Of a stretch of 64,000 nt of DNA, positions 27,401 through 41,692 are shown one piece after another; position 1 is the stretch's first letter, and every line of letters begins with the position of its first letter. The notes below the pieces were generated by a model, which was not told where the DNA came from, searched no databases, and saw only the letters and a list, made by a program, of their open reading frames with translations. The stretch lies in the NCBI RefSeq assembly GCF_036321535.1, contig NC_087437.1, positions 72,976,001 through 73,040,000 on the forward strand, read 5' to 3'. The position numbers and the translations under genes are program-made. The stretch comes from Camelus dromedarius (taxonomy: Eukaryota).

Positions 27401-29298
27401 GGAAGCTCCTCAGCTAGATCCCCTCAGAACAAGAAGGGTTTTTCCCTCTCCTGTAAATGAAGGGCTAAGCCAGGAGCTCTGACAGAGGACAGGGGAAAAA
27501 GGAGGAGGGAAAATCCAACAAGGAGGAATCTAAATTACACGAAATGATGGGTTTACAGGAAATTTGTACATTACACACAGCGGGCAAAGTGAAGGAAAAC
27601 ACATTTCCCCTGGAGGACGAGGCTTCTGACAAGCACACACCTGCAAAAAGCCTCTGCCAGTCTTTCCGCCGAGAGGCAGAAGGACGTTTTCTCTGCTGGA
27701 GCCTTGCTGAGTGATTACTACACCGTCCACTTAAACCACTGGGTTGCTTTTGTTCTGAGTCAATAAAAAGCCTCCTAGATGTCTGTTCTTGGGGGAAAAA
27801 AAGTGACTTGTTCAACTGGAACAGGTTAGCAGGCAGTCCTTCAAACACAACCACCCTCGTGGGCGCTCAGGCATTAGAGTCCTGGCATGGAAGCAGATGC
27901 CTCGGATGAAAAGAAAACTGCTCTGTATTCCAACCAACAAAAGGAACCAAAATTACAGCCCAGCGCTAGGTCAATCTCCAACTCTACAAATACCTTTTAT
28001 TCAGATGCAATTAAATGAATTTAGCAAGACCAAGTTTTTACAATTCTAGTATTGTTATTGGGATTTTTGTTGCAATTTGCTTAACTTCTCTGTACCTCAA
28101 CTTCTCCATCTGTAAAATGGAGATAATAGTACTTACATCACTGAGTTGTAAAGATTAACTGGGTTTACAGAAATCAAGTGGAGAATTTCTCAAGTGCCTA
28201 GTAAGTGCTTTGTAAGTGTTATGTAAGCAAGCTCTTCTGCATATTATTATTATTATTAAAGCCCTGGGACCCCGTGAGAAGACTTTGCAATGCAGTTACA
28301 AGATTTTGTCTCCCCCTAGGCACTGTTACTGCATGTCCTAGTTTCTCCTTAAATTAACTAGAAATATCTGCTCTTTGTGCTTAAATTCATTGTAGCTATT
28401 TCAAGATTGCATGTCTCTCTCCTCTTTTGTTCTGTCTCTTTTTTCTATAGGTACTTATTCTGAGACAAGCATACAGAGATGACAAAACACAGTTGTGTAT
28501 GGCAGAAAACAGGTCCCAAAGGCATATACATGTCCCATAGTGGAGGTGTGCACAGAAGCAGTTCTTGAGCTGTTTCTCGCAGGATGAATTATAATTGGCC
28601 AAGTGAAATAGGGGGTATTGGGAGGGAGGATGATATGGTTGTGGAAGGATCATGCTGAAAGACTGGAGACTTGAAAAGAGACAGCACATTTTCTTTCGGC
28701 CCTAAATTGTCACTGGCTCCCTAGAGTCTACGAGATAAAGCTTAGAGCACTCAGCACCACGTTGAAAACCTCTCTCAGTCTGTATGTCTAGTCCTTTTCC
28801 ATTTCTTTCTCGTGTCACAGTAAGTGACAGTCCTGCTCTGTTCCCTGAAGGTGCCCTTGCTCTCCCATCTCTAATTTTACTCGTGTGGTTCCCTCTGTCT
28901 GGAATGCCCTCCTCCCCATATGGAAATCCTGCCTCCCTCAGTGCAGCTCCCAGGTGCCCTCCTGCCACAGCTGTCCCTTAACCCCTACTTGGAAGGAACC
29001 TCTTTTTTTCCCTAGGTCTCTGGCACAGTTTGCTTGTTTCTTTACTGTGGTACTCACCTCTTTCTACTTTTATTGGTTTTACTTGATCCTTACTATCTCC
29101 CCTACAAAATTATAAACTACACCTTGTTAATTTTTTAAAGATTTCCTATAGTATCTAGTGTGATGCTTGGCACATACTAGGCAATCAAAAAGGATTGCTA
29201 ATAATAATAGCTATATATCCAAAATTTATGCTTGGCTTGTAGTAGGCAATATTCTAAACACATTGCATGTATTACTTTATTTAATTCCTAAGCACATT

Positions 29299-29879
29299 TG
29301 TTGTGTAGTAAAGACTTTAAGCTTGCCCAGGCAGAGGTCTGGCTTTTGTCCTTGGCCCCTGGGAGGTAATCTCTTAAGCCCTTGGAATATCCTGCCTGAT
29401 AAGAGTATCTTTGTTTACCTGGGAGCCTTGGGGCCACATCAAAAAGTCTAAGGATGAGATTTATGGTGGGGAGGATTGAGTCACTCAGGAACAGGTTTGG
29501 CCTGGGGGGCTGAATGCTGAGATCAGCCATGTGGATCCTCAACAAAGACTCCGGACACCAAGGGTAGGGCGAGCTTTCCAGGTTAGCAGTGCTTTGTGCA
29601 TACTGTCACATATCAATACCAGAAAAGCAGCACTGTCCATGACTCCAGCGGAGAGGGCAACTGGAATTTGCACGTTTGAGACTTTCTAGGACTCTTCACT
29701 TAGCTGGCTGTAGTCTATGCCTCTAGCTGTAAAAGATGGTAATGGAGTATAGCAGCTTCTGGTGAGTTCTGTCAGTCCTTCTAGCAAATTATCGAACCTA
29801 AGGATGATCTTGAGGACCCCCAAACTTGCAACTGGTGTCAGAGTGAGGGTGCTCTTGTGGATTGTGCTTCCTCTTTGCA
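29299..29879. mobile_element. ERV solo LTR (MER21-like)
   Basis: TG...CA termini; gggaggtaatctcttaagcccttggaat and gtgagttctgtcagtccttctagcaaattatcgaacct...gacccccaaacttgca resemble MER21. Confidence 0.7.
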
Positions 29880-32719
29880 CTTGTGAAATAGGTACTATAA
29901 TTATTTCTATTTTACAGATGTGAAAACTAAGTGACAGAGAGGTTAAACGTTTTATTTGAAGTCACATGACTAGTAACTAGGATGTGATCCTAAGTCCACC
30001 AACACAGAACCCATACCCTGAACTATTTTTTCTACTGCCTCCGATGTGAATAAAAATTAAAGATAGATATAAGCTAAAAAACAGTAAGAAAAGACATAAA
30101 AATGAACATGTCCTTAAATCTGAAGATGTTTAGGGCAGCTTTTGCACAAAAGCACCTCATATTATGACTCAGGTATTTAATCTCTATGAATATTGCAATA
30201 AATTTGATCTGAACAGATTGTAATTGTGCATATTACAATATTTCTGTGGCCTGACCTAAGAACACACTTATTTGTAAAAATATGTACGAGAATTGGGCCT
30301 TATGGTTATTGAACATAGCCAAAGATTTATTTAAAAAAAAAAAAAAGAAAGAAACCCTTAGAGTCCCCGGGAACATGGGAACAACCTCATTGTCTCTTGT
30401 CTTTCCATGTTAATTACTTGTATGTAACTCAGGTCATGGTCATTTGTCTGTGACTCAATCAAGCAGATTTAACTGCTCTTTGCCCTGTGTTTCTACCGCA
30501 TCTTATTCATACCTGATGAACTTGGGACACTGGCTTGGATTATCTACATGTCTGTCACTGACAGCTGACTCTTAGATTTTGAGGGTGGGATCATGTCAAA
30601 TTCACGCCCATATCCCCATACTTGGTAAGTTTCTGGCAGATAGTAGGTGCTGAACACACGTATATAGAATAAGGGCAAGCACTCTCGCTTACTTGAACGA
30701 ACAGCTGTTTAGAGAGTTGCTTGGGGCAGATGAGCCCAGCTCTCCTGATCCTTTCCCCAACTTCTCTTTGGTCCATTCATCTTCTTTAAGTAGGCAGAGT
30801 TCGCTCTCCGCACCTTCTCTCCCCCAGCACCTGTATGCCCCCAGTTCCGTTTATCCCCATTTGTCCTTCTATCTTGAGTTATCTGGGTCAATGAAGAGGA
30901 ATGTGTTAGAAAACACAGAGGACAAAAATAAACCAGAAAGGATGACGAAAGGAGCAGCTAGAATAAAATATTGCATTAAACAATTTAAAAGGAAAAGTCC
31001 CGGAGAATAGATTTCCTGCAACTTATGTGTGTATAAATTATCTCATAATAGCATCTCCTTGGGGCTTCCTGTCTCATGCACTGAAGTTAAGTCCTTGGGA
31101 AAAGTCAGCATTTGTAGAGAACTTGACTCCATGTTGACCATTGCAGAAAGGCTGAGGCATCTCTAGGATATACAAAACAGAGCCAATATGGGCCCAAGGT
31201 TCAAGATCAGGGGACTGGTTAGCAGGTTCCCAAACCAAAGAATAATATCTTTAAAGCTTGCTAACCCAATGGGATAAACTTCATCCATCAGACTTGATTA
31301 TTTTCCATGGGGTATATGGGGGAGTATTAATAACCATTAAACTGCCAGCAAAATCTGACAGGGCCATGTGGACAATTTAATTTTTAATCACTTGCCTATT
31401 TAATTCATAATTATTCACAGTGCAACAAAGCAACTGTGTTCTGAAGCAAGGCAGAACATGTGGAAGCAGAGGATGTTGATCAACATATTTTTCCTGGGCT
31501 GAGAAGCCAAGGGGCATCCCACTGGCTGAGGTCAGACATCAGCCTGGGAATCCAGAGGGCTGGTCCTGGTCTAGCCCAACTGGCTAAATGAGCTAGAAAA
31601 AGTTGAGGTAAATCAGAGCTTTCCAGGGTACTTTCAGCCTGGAGTGCTGCCAGATGAAATACGTATATATAAAAACAAATGCAAGTGAGTGTCTTTGGTT
31701 AAAGGCTTGTCCAGACAGTCCCACTCCTGGCCTTAAGGTGTCCTGGAGGGCTTCAAGGGGGAGGCAAGCCTCCCAAGAACTCTGCAGGCCGCCAGGGGAA
31801 TTTACTGCCGTGGATAGTCTATCAGCCCCTAAGGCCTCTGATTTATGTGAGTCAAAGGGTTTTTAATTCCGTGGGAGGCATTTTAAAGCCCTCTAGGTAT
31901 AGCTAGGTATCTATTTTTCTTTGAAAGACTTTCTCTTCCTTAAATGTTCAATAGACTCTAATCCCCAAATAAGATACTGTTATAGGTAACTCATTAATAA
32001 GAGATTCTTCCTCTGTTTTTCTAATTATCCCCCTGCTCTGTCTCTGAACAGATGGCATCATCTTTGGTAAAGTAATACCTCACAAGGGGCACTTGGTCAT
32101 CCCCTGATGAGCCTTCTCAGTTTTGTGATAACCAAGTTTTAACAGCCTTTCAGGTTTAACACACAAAAAAGGACTACTTTGAAGGTTTAGGAGGAAAACA
32201 GGGAGATGTTTAGGGTAGGGGAAAAAGTGACATTAAACATTTTACTACAAAATTCTCCTGCTTTTATTAAGCCCCTTCGTGTAACCCTGGATGTCAGTGT
32301 GTGAAATAAATGGTATTTGATGATGTGGTAAAGGAATAACAGCTTCCATTTCGCAGCTGGTTTGTGGTGTAGTGCACACAGCTAGACCCAACCCCACCCC
32401 CAAGTTGCCAGTATGGGAGGGGAAACAGTGAAACAAGAAATGACAGAATTCATGCAGAATGCACACAGAACACTAGATGAGCTTGGGAAGGTCACTTATT
32501 TGGGACTAGAAATTCAGGATGGATTTCCTGAAAGAAGTAAAAATTTAGTTCAAATCTATATATATATATAGACACAGATTTCAAACTCAGAAAAAAATGA
32601 AGCACAAATTTCAAACTCAAATCATCTTAAATAGAACTTAATAGTAGCTGTGAATGAGGGTAGGGGTTTGGGCAAATTGTGAAATGTAAGATTTATCTCT
32701 GAAATCATTTCCACAGGGA

Positions 32720-33660
32720 GTTCTCCATCCCTTCTCCCAATTCTGATATGTCCTACAGGTACTTCAAACTCAGCATGTTCCAAACTAAGTGTATTTGCTT
32801 CCCTCCATCACCCCTAAACCTACTCCTTCTCCTGTATCCCTCTTTCTGGGAATGCCGTCGTCCTTCTCCCAGTCACCCAAGACAGTTGTACCTTCTCTTT
32901 TACCCTCCAACAAATCGCCAAGTCCTGCTGATACTTACTCCTATATATCTCCTGCTTCTGTCCCTTTCCCTTCATCCACAGTCACTCTCCTTCTCAGGTC
33001 AGCATCATCTCCCACTCGGATGACCTCATCAGCAACCTAAGTGGTCTCCTTGGTTACAGTTCTTCCCACTTCCAACCCCTTTTGTGGACTGCAGCCAGAG
33101 TGATCTTTCCAAAACACAAAGCTGCCGTGTCATTCACCTGCCTGGCACCCTCCCCACACCTGGGCAGGTAAAGCTAAATCACTTTAACTTGGCTTATGAG
33201 ACCTCTCAGTCTCTGCCACTTCACCCCTTGCCCCTCTCCTCCTTGCTTACACTAAGTGTGACCATTTTGGTTGGTTGAATGGGCCATCTTCTCTCTTTGA
33301 GGTCTCCACCCATATTGTTTCTCTCGGAAGCCCAGCCTCCCTCCTCTTATCCTGGGGGCTGGTTCCTCTGCATTCTTCAGATTGCAGTGTATTTATCACT
33401 TCTTCCAGGAGGCCTCCCTGGACTCCCAAGTCTTGTTAAGATATCTCTGCTATATGCTTCTTCCAACAGTAATCTCTCCCTCCCCTATCATCTTACATAT
33501 TGTGTTACAACTGTTGATTGAATGTCCATTTCTCCAACTAGACTGGAGAAGGCAGGAACCATGTCCGTACTGATCATCACTGGATCACCAGTGCCTAGGA
33601 GAGGGACTGGCATATGGAAGATAATCAACATAGATGTATTAAATAGAATAAAAGAAATAA
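32720..33660. mobile_element. L2 fragments
   Basis: gtcctacaggtacttcaaactcagcatgttccaaact; gcagccagagtgatctttccaaaacacaa. Similar L2 pieces at about 11680-12060, 17350-17600, 28820-29200, 37730-38090, 45650-46330 and 63595-63700. Confidence 0.65.
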
Positions 33661-36600
33661 TGAATTTCTCATATTACCACTCTGCATCCCTAAGAACTGA
33701 TGGGTCATTTTTTTTCTCTTCACCCTTATGCAGTTATTTTAGGGCTTTTAATCCATTGCTGACCAAGCCTTTCCATGGCTGCTTTTTTGCCTTGGGATAA
33801 CATTTAATGTTAAGTCTTGGCATGACACGTGGCTCATTAGCCTACTTTCCCAGAGTCATCTTCATTACCTTCTTTAGGTGAAATCTATGCTTGGGTTTCC
33901 TCAAGGTCACCCTCTCTCTCAGTCCTTGGTACCTCCGCACTATACCACCCTTCTCTCTACCTGTAACACCAGGATATTTACTAACTGCTCTTTATGACTC
34001 AACCCAAGGGTCAGCCCCTCTCGGAAGCCCAACCTACCAGGCTTTCCGCCTCCTACCAGAAGTGGAGTAGGCACTTGTTCCCTGAGTGTTACTGAACCCT
34101 ATGCATTTTTCTCCATAGTGTTTGAATTTTGGCTTTCTTCTAAGATCATAACTTCATGAAGACCAGGGAAAAGAATCTTATTCCATATTCACTTAATTTA
34201 GCACAGTACCTGACATAAAAGGGCACTTGATAAATACCCTTTGAATAAATACTTTTCCTTCAAATAAATACGTTTTGAAAATACAGGCGATGAGAAACCC
34301 AAAGAAGCAAAAAGAGTAAACAAGCACCAATAATTTTTTTTAGTTAAACTGACACAACGTGTTCATTTAGTTCTTATGAGGCTCTGTAGGGACACCTCCT
34401 GCCAGGACAATCACTTAGACGTAAACCCAGGGAGAGAGGGAGGGAGGGAGGCTGTCTTCACCTTTATCTGTTCATTTTTTAAAATCTGGTTTCAACTGTA
34501 CTTTAAGAATACTGCTTTCAGTAGATAAGCCTTCAGATCATACATGTTTGTAAAACAGTCTCCCAGAGTCCAGGATTTCTCATTGCCACAGTTACTGCAG
34601 ACTGTCGCCTCATGTTATGGGGTGCAACTGACTTCCTACTTTTTCTTTTATTTAGATTTTGTCAGGTCTGTACAGAGAAAAACATACTGATAGAATTTTC
34701 TCCGAGAAGACATAATACCTTCTAGATGATAGTTCTAGAATAACTAGAAACTTTTTTCAAAACCCTGGTAGTCTCTTAGAATATGTCAGCTGCTTAGTAG
34801 ACAATGAATCCAAGAAAGACTGCCGATGTTTCATGGAGAACAGAACCTAGATATCCCCGAGAGCGGTGCAGGCCTCTGTGGCCAGATCCAGGTCATACCT
34901 AGCGGCCTAGTAATGCCATCCCCCTATTTGAGCCTCATGGGTGTTCAGCAATATAACATTCCTATAGATGTGAGAATGTGTCAGGACTCCTCCTTATCCA
35001 CAAGTGGAAATACTCAAACAGATTTAGTCACAGTTCTCCTCCACCTAAATTTGGTTCTTGACGTGTGTTCAAATTCTTTTCACACACACAAACACACCCA
35101 CCTATGACAATGTCTATAAATACTCCCTCCTCTGCAGGCCTGGTTTGGATCTCTAATTAGGGTTAGTCAGCATTTATAAAGTGGTTTGCGCTTTTCCCAA
35201 AAGCAAAGTTACAGGAGCTAAAGCATTTCACCACCATTCCCTCTAGTGCGTCTGTACTTATAAGCTCTTAGGGGCCAGGGAGAGACGGGGGGCTGAGCTG
35301 ACACGTGGAGGAGAGGTCAGCTCAGAGCACGTGTCAGACACCAAATCCTTAGAGTCAGAAGTGTGCTGAAACAGCAGCGTGCAGGTGACAGCAGCAGGCT
35401 CCTAGGATCTGAGATGTTAGGGGGCCTGTCTGGCAGGATCCTTATAAAGGGTAAACAAAAGCAGGCAGTAGAATCTGGGCTCTCTTGAGGGTGAGGCTAA
35501 GGTCATGGCTCAGTGTGCGTTGGGTGATGGGTAGTATGTGTGTGTTTGGGGGGGGGGTGGCGAGTGATACATATGTATCACTATTCCATGGCTGGGGAGG
35601 GCATGATCAAATATGCAAAAAGATTCATTTAAAGGAAAGCATTTTGTAATATTCCTACTCTTGATCTAGGAATAACATGGCAGGGTTAGGAGGGTAACTG
35701 ATGGGGCCATGGGGAGAGCAGAAGCAGAGTCAGCAATATGGTCTTGTCACAGAGAGTTAAATTTTCCCCAAAGGCCTTGGATGTCTGGAGATGGCAAAGT
35801 GTGACAGCTGAACTTGGGATGGGAGGACAAAGCAGCTAAAGAGGATTTTCTGGCTCTCGTAATCAGCTGCCCTCAGATTGCATACAAGACTCCCCTGGTC
35901 CTCTGGGCAACCCTCCAGGTATCCTTCCCCAACTCTAAGTCCCCTTGAGGGGATGCGCATCCTGGTCTGATCAGACGGAGGACTCGGAGCCACACAGCTT
36001 AATGGGAAGGTCAGCTCCTTAACTAGACTGCAAATTACCTGAAGGTACAGACTGCACTTTGCACCTTGCTGTTGCTGTTGTCTGTTCCAGACACAGGCTT
36101 TCAATAAATGACCATCATGATTAATTTTTTTTAAAAAAGACAGGTTATTTTGTGACAGAGACTGCTGTTATTCTGCTATATGAATTCATTCAATTCTCAC
36201 ACTACCTGCATGAGGTAATGCCATTATTCTCTCTGTTTTACAGAGCACACTGAGGCGCAGAGTGGTTAAGTACCTTGCCCAGAGTCACAGAGTCAAGAGG
36301 GGCAGGGTTGGGATTCAAATCCAGACAGTATGGCTCTAGCATGAATAATCTAAACCAATCCAGGATTCTGCATCTTATAGACACGGGTGATTCCTGAATT
36401 CCTTGTGGCTTTTATGTGAATGGGGCAGGGAAAGGATCTCGGGAAGAGACAGACCTTCTTAGAAACCTACTAACGCAAATACCAAATCAAAGCCTCTTTT
36501 TATTCCTCACCGTGACTACCCAGAGAAAAAAATGAAAAATAATAACAAGAAACAACTATTTCCACTTAAGAGACCATTTTGGTCCCATAGGACTCTTTTT

Positions 36601-39600
36601 CTTGATTGGGTCAGCCCTGGTAGAGTCAGCAGTCCTTGGTTCTCCACAGCCTCAGATTCTGTAGGGGAATGAGTCTCCTCTAGGGCCAACTCATGGCTCA
36701 TGAGATCCCCAAAGTGGGGCTAACCTAAACTTCTTGTTCCACAATGCATCTTGCACCCTTCTGGGTCCCCATCTCTGTGGCATGCACCAGAGCTGACCCA
36801 ACCTCCAGAAGCAAGATTTGAGTGGTGATTCCCTACGTCCTGCCCCCATGGTGGTTTTGTTTCCTGTCACACCTGTGCACAGGAGACGAGCTGTAGAAAT
36901 CACCAAGTGGTCAAAGGCAGGACTGCCCAGAAAAAGGACAGGATTCCAGAAAGTGGAACAGGAGAGAAGGGAGTAGAGTATCATCAGCCAACGAGGGCAG
37001 AGAACCGGCCTGGGAACCAGAGAACAGTGAGGAGCGTCTGAGCAAGGCTGGCCCTGGAAAGGGAGAGGCTGGGGCCGAGGCCAGGTCAGTGGAAGGAAGG
37101 GGGAAGAGGGGAACAAGAAACGAGAGCAGGCTAGGCTGCAGCCAGACGGGAAACATGACACGCTCACATCTGACAAGGAAAGAAGGGAGGCAGAAAGGAT
37201 ACAGGGGAAAAGAACTGTTGCCAGGGCACAAGTGACACCAGAGCTCTGCTTCTGACCCTTCTGACCATCTTACTCTGCCTCAGAATTCCATTTCTAATAG
37301 GGCTCAGTAACAAGCCTTATCTAGAGCTATAGGAAGAGTATGCAAAGATAACACAAAATGGACTGAAAACTGTTCAGAGCACTTCATATGGTATTCACAA
37401 AAGGGGAACCTAACCAATCTATTCGGTTTAGCTCCGGTCACCATTGAAAAGGATGGTGGCTCTAAGCCCCCTTTCCAGTTTTCTTACTCTCCGGTTTCAC
37501 GCACTAAACCATTCACTCAACAGTCACCAATGCCCAAGCTGCTCCCCTGTACTAGGACGTGGGATTACAAAGGGAATAGGCCACTTTCTCCACGTCAGGC
37601 TGTGCACAGATGATGTGGAAGTCAGAGACCTAGAGATAACAACGTGTGGGGAAGTGCTATGATGAAGATGTTAACAACGCGTCACTGAGGGGCAGCAGAG
37701 GGGGGTCACTCCCCGTGTACACCCCTTAGCTTACGTGGTTTCTTTCACTTGGAAAGCCCCCTTCCCAACCCTGATCCCAGAGCCATATTCCTTGAAATTG
37801 TGACTGTTCTTCAAATCCTAGGTCAAATGCCATTTCTTCAACAAAGTAGTTCCTACTCCTAAAAAATGGAATTAATCTTTCCATTCTGTGTGCTTCTATG
37901 GTACTTTATTTATATCTCTGTTTTAATACTTACCCCAATTAGATTTTTAAGTTGTGTATGGTGAAGGTATATACGTGTGTGTGTGTGTGTGTGTCTCCAG
38001 CACTAGGTTATAAGAGCCTCTGACAGCGGGGCTGATGCCTGATTCACCTTTGCGTCTCCCACAGGCCTGAGCATGGAGGTTTCTTAAAATGTACTCAGCC
38101 TGTTCAGTTTAAACTACTCTAGTCCCTTTTAGGATGCTAAAGTGAGAAAGCCCTGCTTCATTCTGGCAATAGTGAGTCTTTGTTTGCACAAGCCAAAATT
38201 AATTTCTTGTTCTGAAGAGGCATAAAAAAATGGCCTTCAGACCTAAAATGACCCCATCATTCTTCTATGTTTGGAGACAGGCAAGAAAACAAAAACCAAA
38301 CAAACCCCTTCAAACTAATCAAAGAATTTTTCACTTGGAAATGACTCTACATTTCCCTATTTAATCCAATGTTTTAATTACAAATGAGGAAACTAAATCC
38401 CGAGAAATTCAGATAATGTTTCAGCATCACATAGCCAGAGTCACCGATATCAAATTTCCAGATCCTTAAGTTCAAGGCTCTTTCCAATAGGCCGCATAGT
38501 TTACCCTTCACAAAAAGAAGGGGAAATGCACGGTTAAAAAAAAAAAAGAAGAAGAAAGAAATAGCATTAAAATATACAGAGAAAAAAATTCATTGAAAAG
38601 CAGTATACACTATAGAAAAATTTTTTCCTATCGGTCCATTTGTTCATGAAGAAAACCATGCTTTCACTAACATCAGCAAAATTGTTTGTAGAGGTTAAAG
38701 TTTTAATTTAAAAACTAGACTTTTGTAGTTTCCAGATTTTTCACCCTTAAGGTCTCCAAACATTCTACGCAGTCAGCAGGGAGAACTGTCCTGAGGTTCT
38801 TCTCCAAGATATGCCAGTGTATTTGGGTGACACTAGTCATTAACAGGTGTTCTTAACAGTTGCGGAGGTAAAATAATACATCAAGGCTATGTTGAGAGAT
38901 GCGCGTTCACACCTGCTCTCTCCCATCACGACTGAGGCAAATGCAGCAGAGGCACTCGAACCCGAGCGCTCACTCCATCCCAGTTCTGCTCTTAATGCCG
39001 GAACCCTGCCTTTTCTCTGCCCTTTCCCAGGTCACTGCCGCCCCACCCCGACCCTGACAGAGCTGACCCAATATCACAGATGCCCTGGGTTGGCACGCAC
39101 AAGCACAGATGCACACACAGAATAGTAGGTGTAAGCACTACATTTGAATTTAAAACTTACTGGGTTCCAACTCCAAATAAGGATAACTTACTGGGTTCCA
39201 ATGCTGAACAGCAATATATATATATATATATACATAACAGGGAAATATTATATATTTATGTTACTCAGATACATAATATATACACGTATTATGTGTCTAT
39301 CTAGCTGGCCAGTGACATATATGTCACTCAGATAAAGACCACCTAGTTTTAAAAATTCTTTCAATTGCTGCAGAGATAGACTGTGAAAACCGGTTTTCAG
39401 TTAGAGAATTCTCCCCCACCCTCCCTGCCGCTGTGCACTTCCCCAGGCCTCCCAAGGACAGAGACAGGGCATGGGGTTTGGGGCCAGCTACATAGGGGCT
39501 TAACTATTAGTCCTGCTATTTACCATTTGTGTGATCTGCAGAAAATGACTTAACCTTTCTGGCAGATACTTTCCTTCTTTCTAAAATGAGGATGTTCAGG

Positions 39601-41692
39601 GTCGAGGTGACACAGGCCTCGGAGCTGCATGGGAGTGCTCAGTAAATAACAGCTATTGTGCTGAAGGTGATGAGGAGGAGGAAGGGGAAGAGGGAGGATG
39701 ACGGTGGCCTCCACTTAGTGAGTGCTGTCTGAGTTTCAGAATCTCTCAGTATGTCTTGGAAGAACTTGGCTGCTAGTTGGGGAATGTTAAGCTGGAGGTA
39801 GAGAAAAGAGAACTAGCGACAAAGCCGTGTCGGAGTGGGCGTCCATAAATGGCTAGCACTTAAAGTGTGATTTTCCTGTCTTGAGCTTATATATACCTGT
39901 ACACATGTCCCTTCCCGCTGCCGGGAAGAGGGCATTCACATCGTGAGTGCAGCATCTTTTGAGGAGTCAAAGACATTTTTCTTTTTTCTTTTTGCTTAGA
40001 AGAACTGGACTTTACAAATCAGGGTGAACAAATTCCTCTGTCTCTCCATGGTGGCTAATCAGAGAATTTCCAGTTACAGCAGCAGGCCCTGCTATTTGCA
40101 AACTCTGGCAATCCTACTAACTGGGAGATACACTGTAGGTGGCAGAACAAATACCCTTTCTGGAGTCAAGGAGTCAGAGTGCACAGCCAGGCGGTGAGCT
40201 GAGCTGCTGCTATGGTCTGGACTGTCCAAAGTACCACAGGAAGGAGGAAGCCCCAGCCTACCCGGTTGTGCCCTGAATGATAGAGCCATTTAGCGCCTGC
40301 CTAAGATGCCATTCTGTTTGCAAACACATAGTACTTGCTGTACTACCTGACAAAACAATTCCATCAGAAAGCCTGAAGACAAATGACTCATGTTACAAGA
40401 GGCCTGTGCATCATGTCAGTGATGACTCCACAGGCGTCAATTAAGCATGGAAAAGACTTGTTCTGAAGCACGACCATCTGGCATTTCCCAAGGAGCTGTA
40501 GTCAATGGCTGATAAAAACACAAGTGACCATAACTAGAAAGAGATTCAGCAACCCTCTCCTTGCTCAAAAGCAACAAGAGCCCAAGAGGACAATGAACAT
40601 GGAAAAGCCCCCAAAGAAGAGGCGAGTAAGGGAAGGCTGCCAGCACGGCTCTTCCTCCTGCATAGAAAGCAAAGATCTGGGGTTGCATGAGGTCATCTTG
40701 TCTGCCACCAAAAAGCAGACTGCTCCTGGGGCTGCTTGGGAGTTTGTCTGGTCGTCCAGGGATGAAGTCAATTGTTATGTCTCCAGGTGAGAGAAAGGAT
40801 TGGCAGTGGTCCATCTCCTGCTCCTGGGACTGCTTTCCAAGTAACAGAATCTAGGACTTTGCCCAGCACATGAGACCAAGATTACTGTAGTCCAAACCTC
40901 CTTCCCTAGAAACCTTGTGTTAACCAGCTTTTGAGTGGATGGAAGAGGATACATTTAACAAATCTAATGCGAGTGGTATTACAGTACAAAACCCCCAGGA
41001 GAGAGAGAGTGGCTGATGCAGAAGTGCCTTTCAAGGCTTCGGTTCTAGATCAGCTGGCAGACACCTGTCTAAATATAGGCGAAGCTTCAAACACCACCAC
41101 CTCATCACACCTAATGACTACCTGTGATGAGAGCCTGCATTCTCTATTTCTGGCTTTTCCAACAACAAAAATAAGCGTCTTTATACTCAGTCCTAGTTCT
41201 GGACCTATTCTTAATGCTAATCTGTTTTTTGTTTCTTTCTCCACTATCCAAGGTCAGATAAATTAGAAGGGAAATACTTATCAGCATCAATTTTGATCCA
41301 GATCTAAATTGTTCATGACTTCTTATTCATCATCCTTGATCTCTCCTTTTTTTCTCTAAGTGATTCAAGTAATGCACCACTCACACACCCTGGTCCCCAC
41401 ATTAAGAAAGTAATGTTCTTAGAATGAGTCTGTAGAGTAAAAATAAAACAAAAAGACCCAAACAGCAAACAATAGTGCTTTCATTCTCTTGAGTCCCTTT
41501 TGCAAATGATGCAGTGTACTTAAATCTCTTTACAGCGGTCGCATCAGTGTTAAGTTTTTGGTTGGAAATAAAGAGGTTTTAGTTAAGGTCACTGACAATT
41601 ATTTTCTCAGCACAATAGAAAAGCAGCCCAACCCATTAACAACACTAAAATGGCAGAAGCAAACACAGTGGGAACAAGTAGGAATAGAATAC

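Noticed and set aside
36691..37231. 161-aa and 106-aa ORFs co-oriented with PLCXD2 in intron 1
   Set aside because: Pyrimidine-biased composition, no homology that I recognise, and exons 1 and 2 join in frame without them.
39154..39201. CRISPR-like repeat-spacer-repeat
   Set aside because: Only two short units with a 14-bp spacer, eukaryotic intron context and no cas genes.
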